64,000 bases of DNA, from NCBI GenBank assembly GCA_016844955.1, contig JAERTH010000085.1, forward strand, positions 1,778 to 65,777, in the 5' to 3' direction. Of this stretch, positions 53,735 through 63,937 are shown piece after piece. The position numbers and the translations under genes are program-made. How positions within the stretch are numbered: position 1 is the first letter of the stretch; each line of letters begins with the position of its first letter. The DNA comes from Fidelibacterota bacterium (GTDB lineage: Bacteria; Fidelibacterota; UBA8477; JABMPR01). Below the pieces are notes generated by a model that saw only the letters and a program-made list of their open reading frames with translations, had not been told where the DNA came from and ran no database searches.

Positions 53735-54355
53735 ATGAGAATTGTGTTCTTTGGAGACAGTATCACGGCTGGTGATAAATCTAGTTTTAATAAATTGGGG
53801 AGCGGCTATGTTTCAATCCTAGCTAAAAGACTCTCTGAGGATGCCAAATTATCTCGCTATGAAATAGTAAATTCAGGTGTTAATGGAAATATGGTAGGCG
53901 ACTTACTGGCACGATATAAGAGAGATGTCGTTCAACATGCTCCTGATGTCGTCGTTATCAAAATTGGAATCAATGATGCCTATAATGATTTTCAAGAGGG
54001 ATGCCTGTCCTCCAATCTCAAGCAATATACAGATGGATTGAAACAGTTAATCACAGCCTTTTATACTGAACTACCCAGATGCAAAATATTGTTGCTTACC
54101 CCCTACTATATTGTTGATGATTTTGGGGATGCCTTATACCTGAGGATGTGCGAATACGGTAAGACAGTCCATGAACTGGGCAATCAGTATCATATCCAGA
54201 CATTTGATACCCAACGTGTTTTTAATGAGGCCGTGAAAGCAAAACCTGCTCATGCGTGGGCTGCGGATCAAGTTCATCCTGGTATTGAAGGTCACACGAT
54301 TCTGGCTGATGGAATCCTGATATTCCTCAGGGAGCAGCTAAGCAAAAAGGACTAG
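53735..54355 (+). CDS. SGNH/GDSL hydrolase
   Basis: FFGDSIT, NSGVNG, IGINDA, DQVHP. Confidence 0.9.
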   Translation: MRIVFFGDSITAGDKSSFNKLGSGYVSILAKRLSEDAKLSRYEIVNSGVNGNMVGDLLARYKRDVVQHAPDVVVIKIGINDAYNDFQEGCLSSNLKQYTDGLKQLITAFYTELPRCKILLLTPYYIVDDFGDALYLRMCEYGKTVHELGNQYHIQTFDTQRVFNEAVKAKPAHAWAADQVHPGIEGHTILADGILIFLREQLSKKD

Positions 54356-55668
54356 TGATCGATTTGAATCTCAGTACCCTTGATTGATTCATCAATCTCA
54401 CCATCCTGAAACACAATGTTACCATTAACAATTGTTGTTACTGGCCACCCAGTGGTCTTCCACCCATTATATGGACTCCAGTTTACTTTGGTCATCAATT
54501 TGCCATTTTCGATGGTTTTTTGTTTCGCCATATCAACCAGAACCAGATCTGCATCATAGCCTGGTAGTATCTGGCCTTTATTTTTTACCTTATACAATTC
54601 AATAGGTTTTTCACACATCCATTTGACCACATCTTCCAGTTTACACAAACCACGGTTGGCTCTGTCCAGCATCAATGGCAATGATGTTTCAACACCTGGC
54701 ATGCCTGATGGTGCAGAACCGAAAGGTTTGGCCTTTTCCTCATGGGTATGGGGTGCATGATCAGTGGCAATACAATCAATTGTGCCATCGACCAAACCCT
54801 TCCAGAGGGCTTCACCATGTTCCATATCGCGAAGTGGGGGGTTCATCTGTGCATAGGCACCTAATTTCTCATATATATAGGGTGCGCTCAGCAGAAAGTG
54901 CTGAGGACAGACCTCAACGGAAATGGGTGCTTTGGATTTTTGGATTGCAAGATATCGTACTTCATCCAGCGTAGTTAGATGCAGAATATGTAATCGACGT
55001 TGGTATTTAATGGACAATTCCACAGCAAGTGTGGTGGCTTTTAAGGCAGCATCCGGAGGCCTCACAAACTGGTGATGATTAAAGTCGGTGGAATTTTTGT
55101 AGATTTCGGCTGCTGCATTAATGATATCATCGTCCTCAGCATGGACGGCGATGAGTCTGGATCCGTTTCCAAATATTTCATCAAGGTCTTTTGTATCACT
55201 CACCAATAAATCACCCGTAGATGACCCCATAAATATTTTGATACCTGGCACGTTCTCAACACCACTCAGCACATCGAGATTGGTGTTTGTCGCTCCGATA
55301 AAGAAATTGTAATTCACCACACATTTCTCAGCAGCCACACGCTTTCTTTCTATCATGGCTTCAACAGTGATGGTAGAAGGTTTTGTGTTTGGCATATCGA
55401 AGAAACCGGTCACCCCACCTGCTGCTGCGGCCATGGATCCAGTTCTCAAATCTTCCTTCCATGTCAGACCCGGATCGCGGAAATGCACCTGTGGATCAAG
55501 TGCACCGGGCAATAAATACAGGTGTGTGGCATCAATAATTTTTTCGGCATGCTTGTCATCGATCTGTCCCAGCTTTGAAATCTTACCATTTTCAATGAGA
55601 ACATCCTGTTTTACAGTTCCCTGTGATGAAACACAGCGGGCATTTTTGATGAGAATAGAGGGTGACAT
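54352..55668 (-). CDS. pyrC: Dihydroorotase (long amidohydrolase type)
   Basis: DPQVHFRDPG, DMPNT, KIFMGSSTG, HAED, MNPPLR, ATDHAPH. Start reassigned to MSPSIL. Confidence 0.85.
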   Translation of the reverse strand: MSPSILIKNARCVSSQGTVKQDVLIENGKISKLGQIDDKHAEKIIDATHLYLLPGALDPQVHFRDPGLTWKEDLRTGSMAAAAGGVTGFFDMPNTKPSTITVEAMIERKRVAAEKCVVNYNFFIGATNTNLDVLSGVENVPGIKIFMGSSTGDLLVSDTKDLDEIFGNGSRLIAVHAEDDDIINAAAEIYKNSTDFNHHQFVRPPDAALKATTLAVELSIKYQRRLHILHLTTLDEVRYLAIQKSKAPISVEVCPQHFLLSAPYIYEKLGAYAQMNPPLRDMEHGEALWKGLVDGTIDCIATDHAPHTHEEKAKPFGSAPSGMPGVETSLPLMLDRANRGLCKLEDVVKWMCEKPIELYKVKNKGQILPGYDADLVLVDMAKQKTIENGKLMTKVNWSPYNGWKTTGWPVTTIVNGNIVFQDGEIDESIKGTEIQIDH

Positions 55669-55755
55669 TAATTTTCTCCACGAATTAGTTGTTCCATTAA
55701 TATGCCCCAAAGGGAGCTGGATAGGAACTGCAATATTTTGGAAACCTGGCAAACC

Positions 55756-55779
55756 AGGCGAGGATTCGAATCCTCGCCT
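55756..55779. repeat. Perfect 24-bp intergenic palindrome
   Basis: AGGCGAGGATTC|GAATCCTCGCCT between comEC and pyrC. Confidence 0.85.
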
Positions 55780-55813
55780 AGATATGTGACACAAATCCAC
55801 GTCTGGTTATAGG

Positions 55814-58198
55814 TCAGTTGTCTACCCTCCAATCCTTATACAACCAAGTTTTCCCATCAGAAAGGAAGTGAATGGCCCCTTCTTCATCCGTGCGGTGAAT
55901 GTCTGCTTCCGCTTTTTGGTACCGTTGAAGGGTGATTGCTGAGGGATGCTTGAACTTGTTTTTCTTTCCCAGGCTTATAATGCAAGTTTTTGGTCGAACC
56001 CTTTCTATATACTCTGGCGTTGAACTGGTTTTTGATCCATGGTGAGGTGCCTTAATTATATCTGTTTTCAGTAGATTACCATATGCCAACTGGTCCTCTT
56101 CTGTTTCCTCCTCTCCATCGCCAGTAAGCAGTACCGTCCTATCACCATAGAATGCCTGCAGAACAATTGAAGCATTGTTGATGTTTCCTGGTTCATCATT
56201 GTGATGGAAAGCTTTCGGTGCCAATCCGCGCAACAGGAGCGGATAGAGAGATGAATCGACCATACCTGAGTATACTGGCATTACTGGAATATTCAGTGAA
56301 TCCAATACCATTTGGAGACTTTTGTAGCCGTATGAATCATATCCCATATCGTGCATATACACCTTTTTAACTGGAAAATGCTTGATCAGATACTCCGCTC
56401 CTCCAATATGATCATTGTGAGGGTGGGTGATGACCAGCAGATCGACTTCCTGCCAATTTCTGGCATTGAGATATGGACCAATTACATCTTTGCCCATATC
56501 CTTCCCTCCAAATCTTAATCCAGCATCAATGATCATCGTTTTGCCATTGGGAGTGTGCATGACAATGGCGTCTCCTTGACCTACATCCAGCACCATAACC
56601 TCAAGCAGTCTTTTGCCTAGCGCAGATTGCCATATATTGGCATTGCCCCATATTAGAAGCAATATTAGCCATAATTTCATCAATCTCACTCGGGACAGAA
56701 ATGCGATTGAAAATACAGCTAGCAACACAATCACTACTTCATGATATTGCATCACTCTAATGGGCAGATAAGCCCAATCTACACCAGCACATTTCTCGAC
56801 AATCCATAACATGAGACTGATAGCTCCATCGATAGTAGCTGCCCACAATCCTGCCAACGTGGCAAACAGCGACCCAATCAGTAAAAAACTCATCCCCGTT
56901 GCCACAACAATACCTATGAGCGGTACAACAAACAGATTGGCAATCAAACTGATAATGGGAATCTTGTGGAAATAATAAGCAGTTATCGCCAGGGTGCCGA
57001 GTTGAGCCGCCAGAGACACAAGGAAAAGATCCATAATACTTCTAAGTATCTTTCCCACTATTGGGATATTGAAACAATTCACATCAGGAACCATGGATTT
57101 AAACCTGGGATACAGGCTCACAATACTGACCACTGCCGAGAAGGACAACTGGAATCCAATTCCATAAATCTGGTCAGGATCGATGAGCAATATGATAAAA
57201 GCTGCCGAGGCCAGAATATTAAAGACATCTGGCTTCCGTTCAATGATCCCTCCGACCAGGAACAAACTGGCCATAATGGAAGCTCGCATTACTGAAGCTG
57301 CTCCCCCCGTCAGCAGGACGTAAAACACCAATCCCACAATGACGAATACCATTTGTATGCTATAGGGAAATCTCAACATGCCAAATATTGTTATCAGAAT
57401 GAGTAAAACATATCCTACGTGTAGCCCACTAACTGCTAATACATGAATCACACCCGTATTGGCAAAATCCGCTCGGGTCTCTTCATCAACCTCACTTCGT
57501 TCTCCAAGTATTAATGCTGACATTATCCCTGAGGATGAATTACTGAGATATCTCTGGAATTGATGCATAATTGACTCTCGTAGGTTTGCCATCATCCGCA
57601 TGCTATTCAGCGATGGATTTGGGAAGATGATGATTTGACTTGAGTCTTCAAGGAACGCTTCGAAAAAGATATCCTGGCTATACAGATAACTTTGGTAGTC
57701 GAAATCATGGGGGTTTCTTCGAGTTCGGGGTTGATTGATCATAAGCCTGACCTGAATGGTATCGGCAATCTCTGGTTCATGCGATAAATCCTTGGCATAA
57801 AGGATGATTTTTCCGTCTGCAATACGTTGGTTTTCAATGCTGATTGGCTCTAAGATATACTTGGGAGTCCCCCGCTTTGTTTGTCCCACTAACTGGACTG
57901 TCGCGTAGGTCTGATAGACAGAATCTGGTACAAAGGACAACTGGGACAAAGACTGTGGCGATTGCATTGTGGAAATAGTCATTCGAATCGCACCAGCAAG
58001 AATGACCAGGCCTATTATCAACCAATTCGATTTATTGTCTGGTAGTACCAGATACAACAAGGCCAGTATGACAGTAGCCAATAGTAGTACGATCCAACCA
58101 AGCTCAATTATTGATTCTGAAATGATTCCAACTATAAACATGAGTGTAACACCGACCATAGGCCGAGATTTCACGAATTCCGTGATCTGACTATCCAT
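55814..58198 (-). CDS. comEC: DNA uptake competence protein ComEC/Rec2
   Basis: RNPHDFDY, HVLAVSGLHVG, GFQLSF, DVGQGD, THPHNDHIGG, LLTGD, HHGS. Confidence 0.93.
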   Translation of the reverse strand: MDSQITEFVKSRPMVGVTLMFIVGIISESIIELGWIVLLLATVILALLYLVLPDNKSNWLIIGLVILAGAIRMTISTMQSPQSLSQLSFVPDSVYQTYATVQLVGQTKRGTPKYILEPISIENQRIADGKIILYAKDLSHEPEIADTIQVRLMINQPRTRRNPHDFDYQSYLYSQDIFFEAFLEDSSQIIIFPNPSLNSMRMMANLRESIMHQFQRYLSNSSSGIMSALILGERSEVDEETRADFANTGVIHVLAVSGLHVGYVLLILITIFGMLRFPYSIQMVFVIVGLVFYVLLTGGAASVMRASIMASLFLVGGIIERKPDVFNILASAAFIILLIDPDQIYGIGFQLSFSAVVSIVSLYPRFKSMVPDVNCFNIPIVGKILRSIMDLFLVSLAAQLGTLAITAYYFHKIPIISLIANLFVVPLIGIVVATGMSFLLIGSLFATLAGLWAATIDGAISLMLWIVEKCAGVDWAYLPIRVMQYHEVVIVLLAVFSIAFLSRVRLMKLWLILLLIWGNANIWQSALGKRLLEVMVLDVGQGDAIVMHTPNGKTMIIDAGLRFGGKDMGKDVIGPYLNARNWQEVDLLVITHPHNDHIGGAEYLIKHFPVKKVYMHDMGYDSYGYKSLQMVLDSLNIPVMPVYSGMVDSSLYPLLLRGLAPKAFHHNDEPGNINNASIVLQAFYGDRTVLLTGDGEEETEEDQLAYGNLLKTDIIKAPHHGSKTSSTPEYIERVRPKTCIISLGKKNKFKHPSAITLQRYQKAEADIHRTDEEGAIHFLSDGKTWLYKDWRVDN

Positions 58199-58281
58199 AC
58201 TTCCTACTTGTTTGGGGTTAGCCAAACATAAAAGATGACATGCTGATCACCAAGAAGTATAGTCAATAAATTTTTGGATTA

Positions 58282-58304
58282 GTCTCCCTGAGCTTGTCGA
58301 AGGG
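58282..58304. repeat. REP-like short element GTCTCCCTGAGCTTGTCGAAGGG
   Basis: Imperfect hairpin CCCT...AGGG resembling the widespread (GTCA)CCCTGAGCTTGTCGAAGGG intergenic repeat (recognised from memory); single copy in this window. Confidence 0.55.
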
Positions 58305-58362
58305 TCATTGTGTTTATGTGCTTGGAGTTAAGTGGTGTAGAGGTGGATAAATTGCTAAAAAA

Positions 58363-58384
58363 GAAACTTGAAACTTGAAACTTG
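58363..58384. repeat. Heptamer tandem repeat (GAAACTT)x3
   Basis: Directly visible just downstream of recX. Confidence 0.8.
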
Positions 58385-58403
58385 GAGGGGTTGGTGGGTT
58401 TTA

Positions 58404-59045
58404 CTAGGGATTCTCTTCCTCGCGATGGAAGGTGAATTCTGAAAGTGCCTGTGAGATTGAAGGACCTTCGAACCCTTTGCGTTGAAGGAAAGCCCAGACT
58501 CGCTTTTTATCCTTTATGGTGGGTCGTTCAATATTTTTTAGCTTCCGGTGGGCAAAATCAAGGGCCATCTCGTTGAAATCAAACTCTTCTCTAATCTCTT
58601 CGATTTCATTTTCAGTAATGTTTTTCGCGATCCTCTTTGAATTGAGTTCGTGTCGGAGTTTTATGGGACCCCAGCCTTTGATTTTGACACGATCTCTGAT
58701 GAAGAGCCTGGCAAAGCGTTCGTCATTTAGATAGTTTCGATCTTTTAAGCGGGTGATAATCTCATCTTCAAGATCGATAAACTTCTTTTTGAATAGCCAT
58801 TCATGCACTTCGTTTTCGCAACGTTCACGGAAGGCGATAAAATTCAATGCTCCCAGGTATGCCATCTCTACACGGTCATCATTCTCAAGATCGTGTTGCA
58901 ATTCAGGTGTAAAGCTATCCCCAATCTTCAAATCATATTTGACGACGAGCGATCCATCCACACCCATCTCAAATTTACCATCAACAAAGATGGAAAAGCG
59001 TTCCCTGAGTTTTTTCTGCTGAGTTATTCCAGTGATTTTTGCCAT
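58404..59045 (-). CDS. recX: Regulatory protein RecX
   Basis: R...EV...L, YLNDERFA, GP.KL..EL, FLQRKGF; downstream of recA. Confidence 0.92.
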   Translation of the reverse strand: MAKITGITQQKKLRERFSIFVDGKFEMGVDGSLVVKYDLKIGDSFTPELQHDLENDDRVEMAYLGALNFIAFRERCENEVHEWLFKKKFIDLEDEIITRLKDRNYLNDERFARLFIRDRVKIKGWGPIKLRHELNSKRIAKNITENEIEEIREEFDFNEMALDFAHRKLKNIERPTIKDKKRVWAFLQRKGFEGPSISQALSEFTFHREEENP

Positions 59046-59061
59046 GTCGTCATGATAATAT

Positions 59062-59095
59062 AAAAGAAAAGGCTCCCATATTATCTGAGAGCCTT
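59062..59095 (-). terminator. recA-recX intergenic terminator/attenuator
   Basis: AAGGCTCTCA...TGGGAGCCTT-TTCTTTT. Confidence 0.7.
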
Positions 59096-59116
59096 CCTGC
59101 TAATTGTGTTTTGGGG

Positions 59117-60148
59117 TTATTCGCTTTCAGCTTCAGCTGTCATCCCCAGGAACTGTCGAACCTCGCCTTCCAGCTTGGACAAAAGATCAGGATTGTCCCG
59201 GAAGAATATTTTCACATTCTCTTTTCCCTGACCCAATCTGTCTTCACCATAGCTGAACCAGGAGCCACTTTTCTGTACCAGGTTACCCTTAAGCGCCAGA
59301 TCCAGAATATCCCCTTCGAATGAGAAACCCTGACCAAACATGATATCCAACTCAGTTTCGCGGAAAGGTGGTGCCATTTTGTTTTTGACTACTTTCACAC
59401 GTACACGGTTTCCAATATTGTCCTGGCCATCCTTCAAAGCACCAATCCGGCGAATATCCATTCTTACTGATGAATAAAATTTCAAAGCACGTCCACCAGT
59501 GGTGGTTTCCGGGCTACCAAACATGACACCAATTTTTTCACGGATTTGATTAATGAAGATGACAGAGGTATTTGATTTTGATACCGTTCCAGTCAGTTTT
59601 CTTAAAGCCTGGGACATCAATCGAGCGTGCAAACCAACATGACTGTCCCCCATCTCACCCTCAAGCTCAGCTCTGGGTACCAGGGCTGCTACAGAATCAA
59701 TGACAATAACATCCAGGGCGTTACTTCGCACCAGTGTCTCAGTAATTTCAAGCGCTTGCTCACCAGAATCTGGCTGAGAAATCAGGAGGTTTTTAATATC
59801 CACACCCAACTGTCCAGCATACTTAGGATCCAGAGCGTGTTCCGCATCAACAAAAGCCGCATAGCCACCTGATTTTTGAGCGTTGGCAACAATGTGCAGA
59901 GCCAGCGTTGTTTTACCTGATGATTCAGGACCATAGACTTCAATAATTCTGCCACGGGGAACCCCGCCGACACCCAGTGCGGCATCCAATGATAGTGCTC
60001 CCGTTGAAATAGCATCAACAGATGCGTTTATCTGCTCGTCGCCCATGCGCATGACCGCACCAGCACCAAATTGTCTTTCAATCTGCGATACGGCTAATTC
60101 AATAGCTTTATCTTTATCTTTCGATCTCCCTTGAGCAGCACTCATCAC
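59117..60148 (-). CDS. recA: Recombinase A
   Basis: [32 protein letters not shown]. Confidence 0.98.
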   Translation of the reverse strand: MMSAAQGRSKDKDKAIELAVSQIERQFGAGAVMRMGDEQINASVDAISTGALSLDAALGVGGVPRGRIIEVYGPESSGKTTLALHIVANAQKSGGYAAFVDAEHALDPKYAGQLGVDIKNLLISQPDSGEQALEITETLVRSNALDVIVIDSVAALVPRAELEGEMGDSHVGLHARLMSQALRKLTGTVSKSNTSVIFINQIREKIGVMFGSPETTTGGRALKFYSSVRMDIRRIGALKDGQDNIGNRVRVKVVKNKMAPPFRETELDIMFGQGFSFEGDILDLALKGNLVQKSGSWFSYGEDRLGQGKENVKIFFRDNPDLLSKLEGEVRQFLGMTAEAESE

Positions 60149-60720
60149 TGACCTCCTGTATTAAATTTAAATTTCTTCAATGCTTTGTAGCTGGCACCTG
60201 AAGGGGTTAGCGTACTCTGGTACCAGATTAATTCCTCAACCTCAAAATTCATTTCACGCACTTCTGCTGACAGAAATTCATGTATAAACGTGCTTTTGCG
60301 TGAGATTGATTTAACGCGACCAAGCGTAATATGTGGTTGAAATGGTCGTTTATCAAGATGATATCCCAATTGTATCAACTCTTTATCAAGGGTTCTCTTG
60401 AATTCGACCAGCGTGTTATCATAGGGTGCCGTGGCAACCCAAAGTACCCGTGGTTCATTGGCATGTGGAAACACACCTGAATCCGTAGTCCCCAGTTTGA
60501 ACGGTGGGTACAAGTTTACCACTTTCTGTATTGCTTCGGCCTGGGTTTCTATCACATCTGGATCAGTATCACCCAGAAAATTCATAGTAATGTGGATATT
60601 TTCACGTTTGACCCAGTTGATCCTATCTTCCTTGTTGATGATAGGTTCTGTGAGACGTAGCAAATAGCCTTTCACTGATTTGGGAAGGGGAATTGCCAGA
60701 AAGGTGCGTATCGCTTCTAT
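60145..60720 (-). CDS. thpR: RNA 2',3'-cyclic phosphodiesterase (2H family), probable AUA start
   Basis: Two HxT motifs (HITM, PHITLGR), RVLW, S.LTP.G..Y. The conserved N-terminal RTFLAIPLP lies upstream of the GTG at 60675. Confidence 0.88.
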   Translation of the reverse strand: MEAIRTFLAIPLPKSVKGYLLRLTEPIINKEDRINWVKRENIHITMNFLGDTDPDVIETQAEAIQKVVNLYPPFKLGTTDSGVFPHANEPRVLWVATAPYDNTLVEFKRTLDKELIQLGYHLDKRPFQPHITLGRVKSISRKSTFIHEFLSAEVREMNFEVEELIWYQSTLTPSGASYKALKKFKFNTGGQ

Positions 60721-61967
60721 GATAGTTCTCCCAGAATAAACAATCTCAGTTGATTTAATCCAGCATTGGCACTCATGCGCTTATTCATGATCCGGTTGGT
60801 GCCAAACTGGAATCTTTTGATGACTTGATTGGATTTATCTGCAACCCCAATATACACGGTTCCAACAGGTTTGTCGTCAGTACCGCCCGTGGGACCGGCA
60901 ACACCTGAAACCGCAATGCCATAATCTGCCTTGCTATTGTTCAGTGCACCGGACAGCATTTCAGATACAGTTTCCGTGCTCACAGCGCCATGTTTTTCCA
61001 GTGTTTCTGATTTCACCTGAAGCATTGCCATCTTGGTTTCGTTGGCATAGGTCACAAAACCTGTATTAAAATATTCACTGCTCCCACCTATATCTGTAAT
61101 CAGACTGGCTATCAGGCCACCAGTGCATGACTCAGCTGTTGTAACTGAGGTCTTCCCTGAGAGAAGGAGCCCACCAACCACAGATGATAAATTATCATTG
61201 TCCCGTCCATAAATATTTCGGGGCATGAGCTCCTGCAATTCGTTGTATATATCAGTCAAATCTGAAGTGCTTTTGTCTCTATCTTCAGATTGGAATGAAA
61301 CCCTTAGGGTAACCATTCCCAGCTTGGGCAGGTAGGCAACCTTGATGTTGTCGTATGTATCAAAAACAGGTTTGCAAATTTCATACAAGGTAGATTCAGG
61401 CATTCCAACAGAGTGAATATCTATTTTATCCACACTGGCCTGGGTCATCTCTGTTAAAATTGGGACTATTTGTTCGCTGATGATGGCCCGCATTTCCCCA
61501 GGCACTCCAGGCATTACAAAGAGGTGTTTCCCCTGGTGCTCAAAATGCATTCCCTGGGCAGTACCTACAGAATTTTCCAGCACGTTTGCATTCTCAGGAT
61601 ATTCAGCCTGAGAGATATTTGAAGGTGCAAATTTGAAACCACGCTTCTCAAATCTAAGCTTGAGATTTTCAAGTAAGGTTTCATCTCGTAGCAACCCAAC
61701 CTCGAAGTAATCACAGAGCACAGTTTTGGTAATATCGTCATGGGTGGGTCCCAGTCCGCCGGTCAAGGTCAATATATCGGCCTCTTTAAAACCCCAATCC
61801 AAGGCCTCAATGATATCGGTTTTATTATCTCCGATTATGAGTTTTTTAATAACAGATAACCCCAGCAGTTCAAGCTGCTGTGAGATGAAGGCATTGTTTG
61901 AATCAATGGTCTTGCCTGAGAGCAGTTCATCACCGATTGAGATGGTAATAGCTTTTAACTGTGTCAT
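60717..61967 (-). CDS. cinA: Competence/damage-inducible protein CinA (MoCF domain plus PncC NMN deamidase)
   Basis: IGDELLSG, TGGLGPTHDD, PGVPGEM, AESCTGG, SGVAGPTG. Confidence 0.95.
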   Translation of the reverse strand: MTQLKAITISIGDELLSGKTIDSNNAFISQQLELLGLSVIKKLIIGDNKTDIIEALDWGFKEADILTLTGGLGPTHDDITKTVLCDYFEVGLLRDETLLENLKLRFEKRGFKFAPSNISQAEYPENANVLENSVGTAQGMHFEHQGKHLFVMPGVPGEMRAIISEQIVPILTEMTQASVDKIDIHSVGMPESTLYEICKPVFDTYDNIKVAYLPKLGMVTLRVSFQSEDRDKSTSDLTDIYNELQELMPRNIYGRDNDNLSSVVGGLLLSGKTSVTTAESCTGGLIASLITDIGGSSEYFNTGFVTYANETKMAMLQVKSETLEKHGAVSTETVSEMLSGALNNSKADYGIAVSGVAGPTGGTDDKPVGTVYIGVADKSNQVIKRFQFGTNRIMNKRMSANAGLNQLRLFILGELS

Positions 61968-62419
61968 ATGATGTATGCAGCTCCTTGAATCAATAAGAAG
62001 GCCAATAATCCGGCGAGGACATCATCCATCATAATTCCCAATCCGTCTGGAAGGTGCTGAGATTTATCTATCAACCAGGGCTTCCAGATATCAAACAATC
62101 GAAACAGTATAAAAGCTGCCAGCCAGTACCCCCAGTGATGTGGAATTGCTAAAACGGCTAACCATTGACCAACTAACTCGTCAATTACAATTTCGCCCGG
62201 ATCTTCAATGCCCATTGATTTTGATACTTTAGTTGAGGCGATAGTACCCAGAATGGTCAGAATAGCTATCAATCCCAATGTAATATATGGGTTATCGGTT
62301 ACCTGCGTTGACCAAAGATAAGCCAGTGGTAGTGTTACCAGAGAGCCGTAGGTGCCAGGAGCACCGGGTATGCGCCCCACAAAGCCTACAGAAGTAAACC
62401 CGCGGAGTATGTGAATCAT
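61964..62419 (-). CDS. pgpA: Phosphatidylglycerophosphatase A
   Basis: APGTYGS, DPGEIVIDE..GQ, FRLFDIWKP, MMDDVLAG. Confidence 0.95.
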   Translation of the reverse strand: MIHILRGFTSVGFVGRIPGAPGTYGSLVTLPLAYLWSTQVTDNPYITLGLIAILTILGTIASTKVSKSMGIEDPGEIVIDELVGQWLAVLAIPHHWGYWLAAFILFRLFDIWKPWLIDKSQHLPDGLGIMMDDVLAGLLAFLLIQGAAYII

Positions 62420-63009
62420 TCTTTTCCTTTGAAAAGGACTTTCAGAAACTCTTGATTAATCCAGAGATAGTGAAGACCCGTATATGCGGTGACAAGTCCC
62501 GTGAGAATGAATATGGTTTCAGTTACAAACCATTCTTCCAGCCAGGCCACCAGTGAATCCAGAACATCGAAATGCCCCATGAGAATAAAAACCAAACCCA
62601 CATACATGGAAACATACTGAAAGGTAGTCTTAAGTTTTGCCAGTCTGCTGGTATGCATTGATTCCCCGCCTGACAACATTCCCCAGCGCAAAAGGGTAAC
62701 CATCATATCGCGAAGAATCACTACAGCAGTGATCCAGATGGGCATCACCTCTAAAATATTGAGTGTGATAAAAGTACTGTTAACCAGAATTTTATCTGCC
62801 AATGGATCCATGAATTTGCCAAATTCACTAACGACCTGAAGCTTCCGAGCCAACATGCCATCAAACAAATCGGTGAGTGAGGCTATGAGAAACAGAATGA
62901 AAGCCACAAGGTGCAGAGTAAAGCCGTCAAACCCTATCAATAGCCACACAATTAGTGGGGTAATCACAATCCTAAAGACGGTTAGAATGTTCGGTAACTG
63001 ATGTTTCAT
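62416..63009 (-). CDS. pgsA: CDP-diacylglycerol--glycerol-3-phosphate 3-phosphatidyltransferase
   Basis: PNILTVFR, TDLFDGMLAR...GKFMDPLADK. Confidence 0.93.
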   Translation of the reverse strand: MKHQLPNILTVFRIVITPLIVWLLIGFDGFTLHLVAFILFLIASLTDLFDGMLARKLQVVSEFGKFMDPLADKILVNSTFITLNILEVMPIWITAVVILRDMMVTLLRWGMLSGGESMHTSRLAKLKTTFQYVSMYVGLVFILMGHFDVLDSLVAWLEEWFVTETIFILTGLVTAYTGLHYLWINQEFLKVLFKGKE

Positions 63010-63602
63010 AGTAATTCATGCCTATCGTCAAGGGCTCGCCCTAAGGTTACGCCGTCAATATACTCAAGATCACCACCGCTAGGGATACCCCTTGCCAATC
63101 GTGTGACCTTTATATCTTTATCTTGTAACACCTTCGCCAGATAAAGAGAGGTAGTTTCACCTTCAACACTGGGATTCATAGCGATTATTATCTCGTTTAC
63201 AGTATCCAGCCTGGCAAAAAGGGTGCGCATGTTCAATTGATCTGGTCCAATACCTTCCAGAGGTGAAAGTACACCTCCAAGAACATGATATTTGCCACTA
63301 AAGCGACTGGTTTCCTCAATCGCCACTACATCCTTTGAATCTTCAACAATGCAAAGAATGGAATCGTCTCGACGCGTATCCAGACAAACTGGACATGGGT
63401 CCGCCTCGGTAATCAAATTACATTTGGAACAGGTAGACAACTTCTCACTGCTCTGCACAATTACCTCACCCAGTCGCTGCACATCCTCCTGGTTCCATTC
63501 AATGAGTTGGAAGGCCATGCGCTGTGCTGTTTTCTTCCCGATTCCAGGAAATCGGGAAAACTGCTCGGTGATGCGTTCGAGACTATCGGGAAGGATTTTC
63601 AT
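63006..63602 (-). CDS. recR: Recombination protein RecR
   Basis: [11 protein letters not shown]4 zinc finger, YHVLGG, EGETT TOPRIM. Confidence 0.96.
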   Translation of the reverse strand: MKILPDSLERITEQFSRFPGIGKKTAQRMAFQLIEWNQEDVQRLGEVIVQSSEKLSTCSKCNLITEADPCPVCLDTRRDDSILCIVEDSKDVVAIEETSRFSGKYHVLGGVLSPLEGIGPDQLNMRTLFARLDTVNEIIIAMNPSVEGETTSLYLAKVLQDKDIKVTRLARGIPSGGDLEYIDGVTLGRALDDRHELL

Positions 63603-63937
63603 CCAAGTCCGGGAATATTTAATCCGCCCATGCCACCCATCATACCGCCTGTAACCTGACCCATTCGTGAATTGGCTGCATCCTGTGCATTTCCCAGGGC
63701 CTGATTTACAGCTGCAAGTACCAGGTCTTCAACCATATCCACATCATCTTCCAGTACATCGGGTTCAATTTTGATAGATAGAATCTGCATTTTGGCATTG
63801 GCTTTTACAGTGACCATACCGCCACCAGCAGAACCTTCGACTACAATTCCTACCAGTTCTTCCTGAGCTTTTTCCATGTCTTTCTGCATCTTTTGGGCTT
63901 GTTTTAAAAGGTTACCCATACCGCCTTTTGGCATCAT
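63599..63937 (-). CDS. ybaB: YbaB/EbfC nucleoid-associated protein
   Basis: [25 protein letters not shown]; upstream of recR. Confidence 0.94.
   Translation of the reverse strand: MMPKGGMGNLLKQAQKMQKDMEKAQEELVGIVVEGSAGGGMVTVKANAKMQILSIKIEPDVLEDDVDMVEDLVLAAVNQALGNAQDAANSRMGQVTGGMMGGMGGLNIPGLG

Noticed and set aside
55478-55500. Dihydroorotase QxH instead of HxH metal motif as a sign of inactivation
   Set aside because: D(P/D)QVHFR is a recognised variant in Bacteroidota/cyanobacterial-type dihydroorotases, and the other ligands are intact.
55669-55800. N-terminal extension of PyrC; tRNA remnant at GGATTCGAATCC
   Set aside because: The extension is translated intergenic DNA; no D-arm, anticodon arm or acceptor stem surrounds the T-loop-like core.
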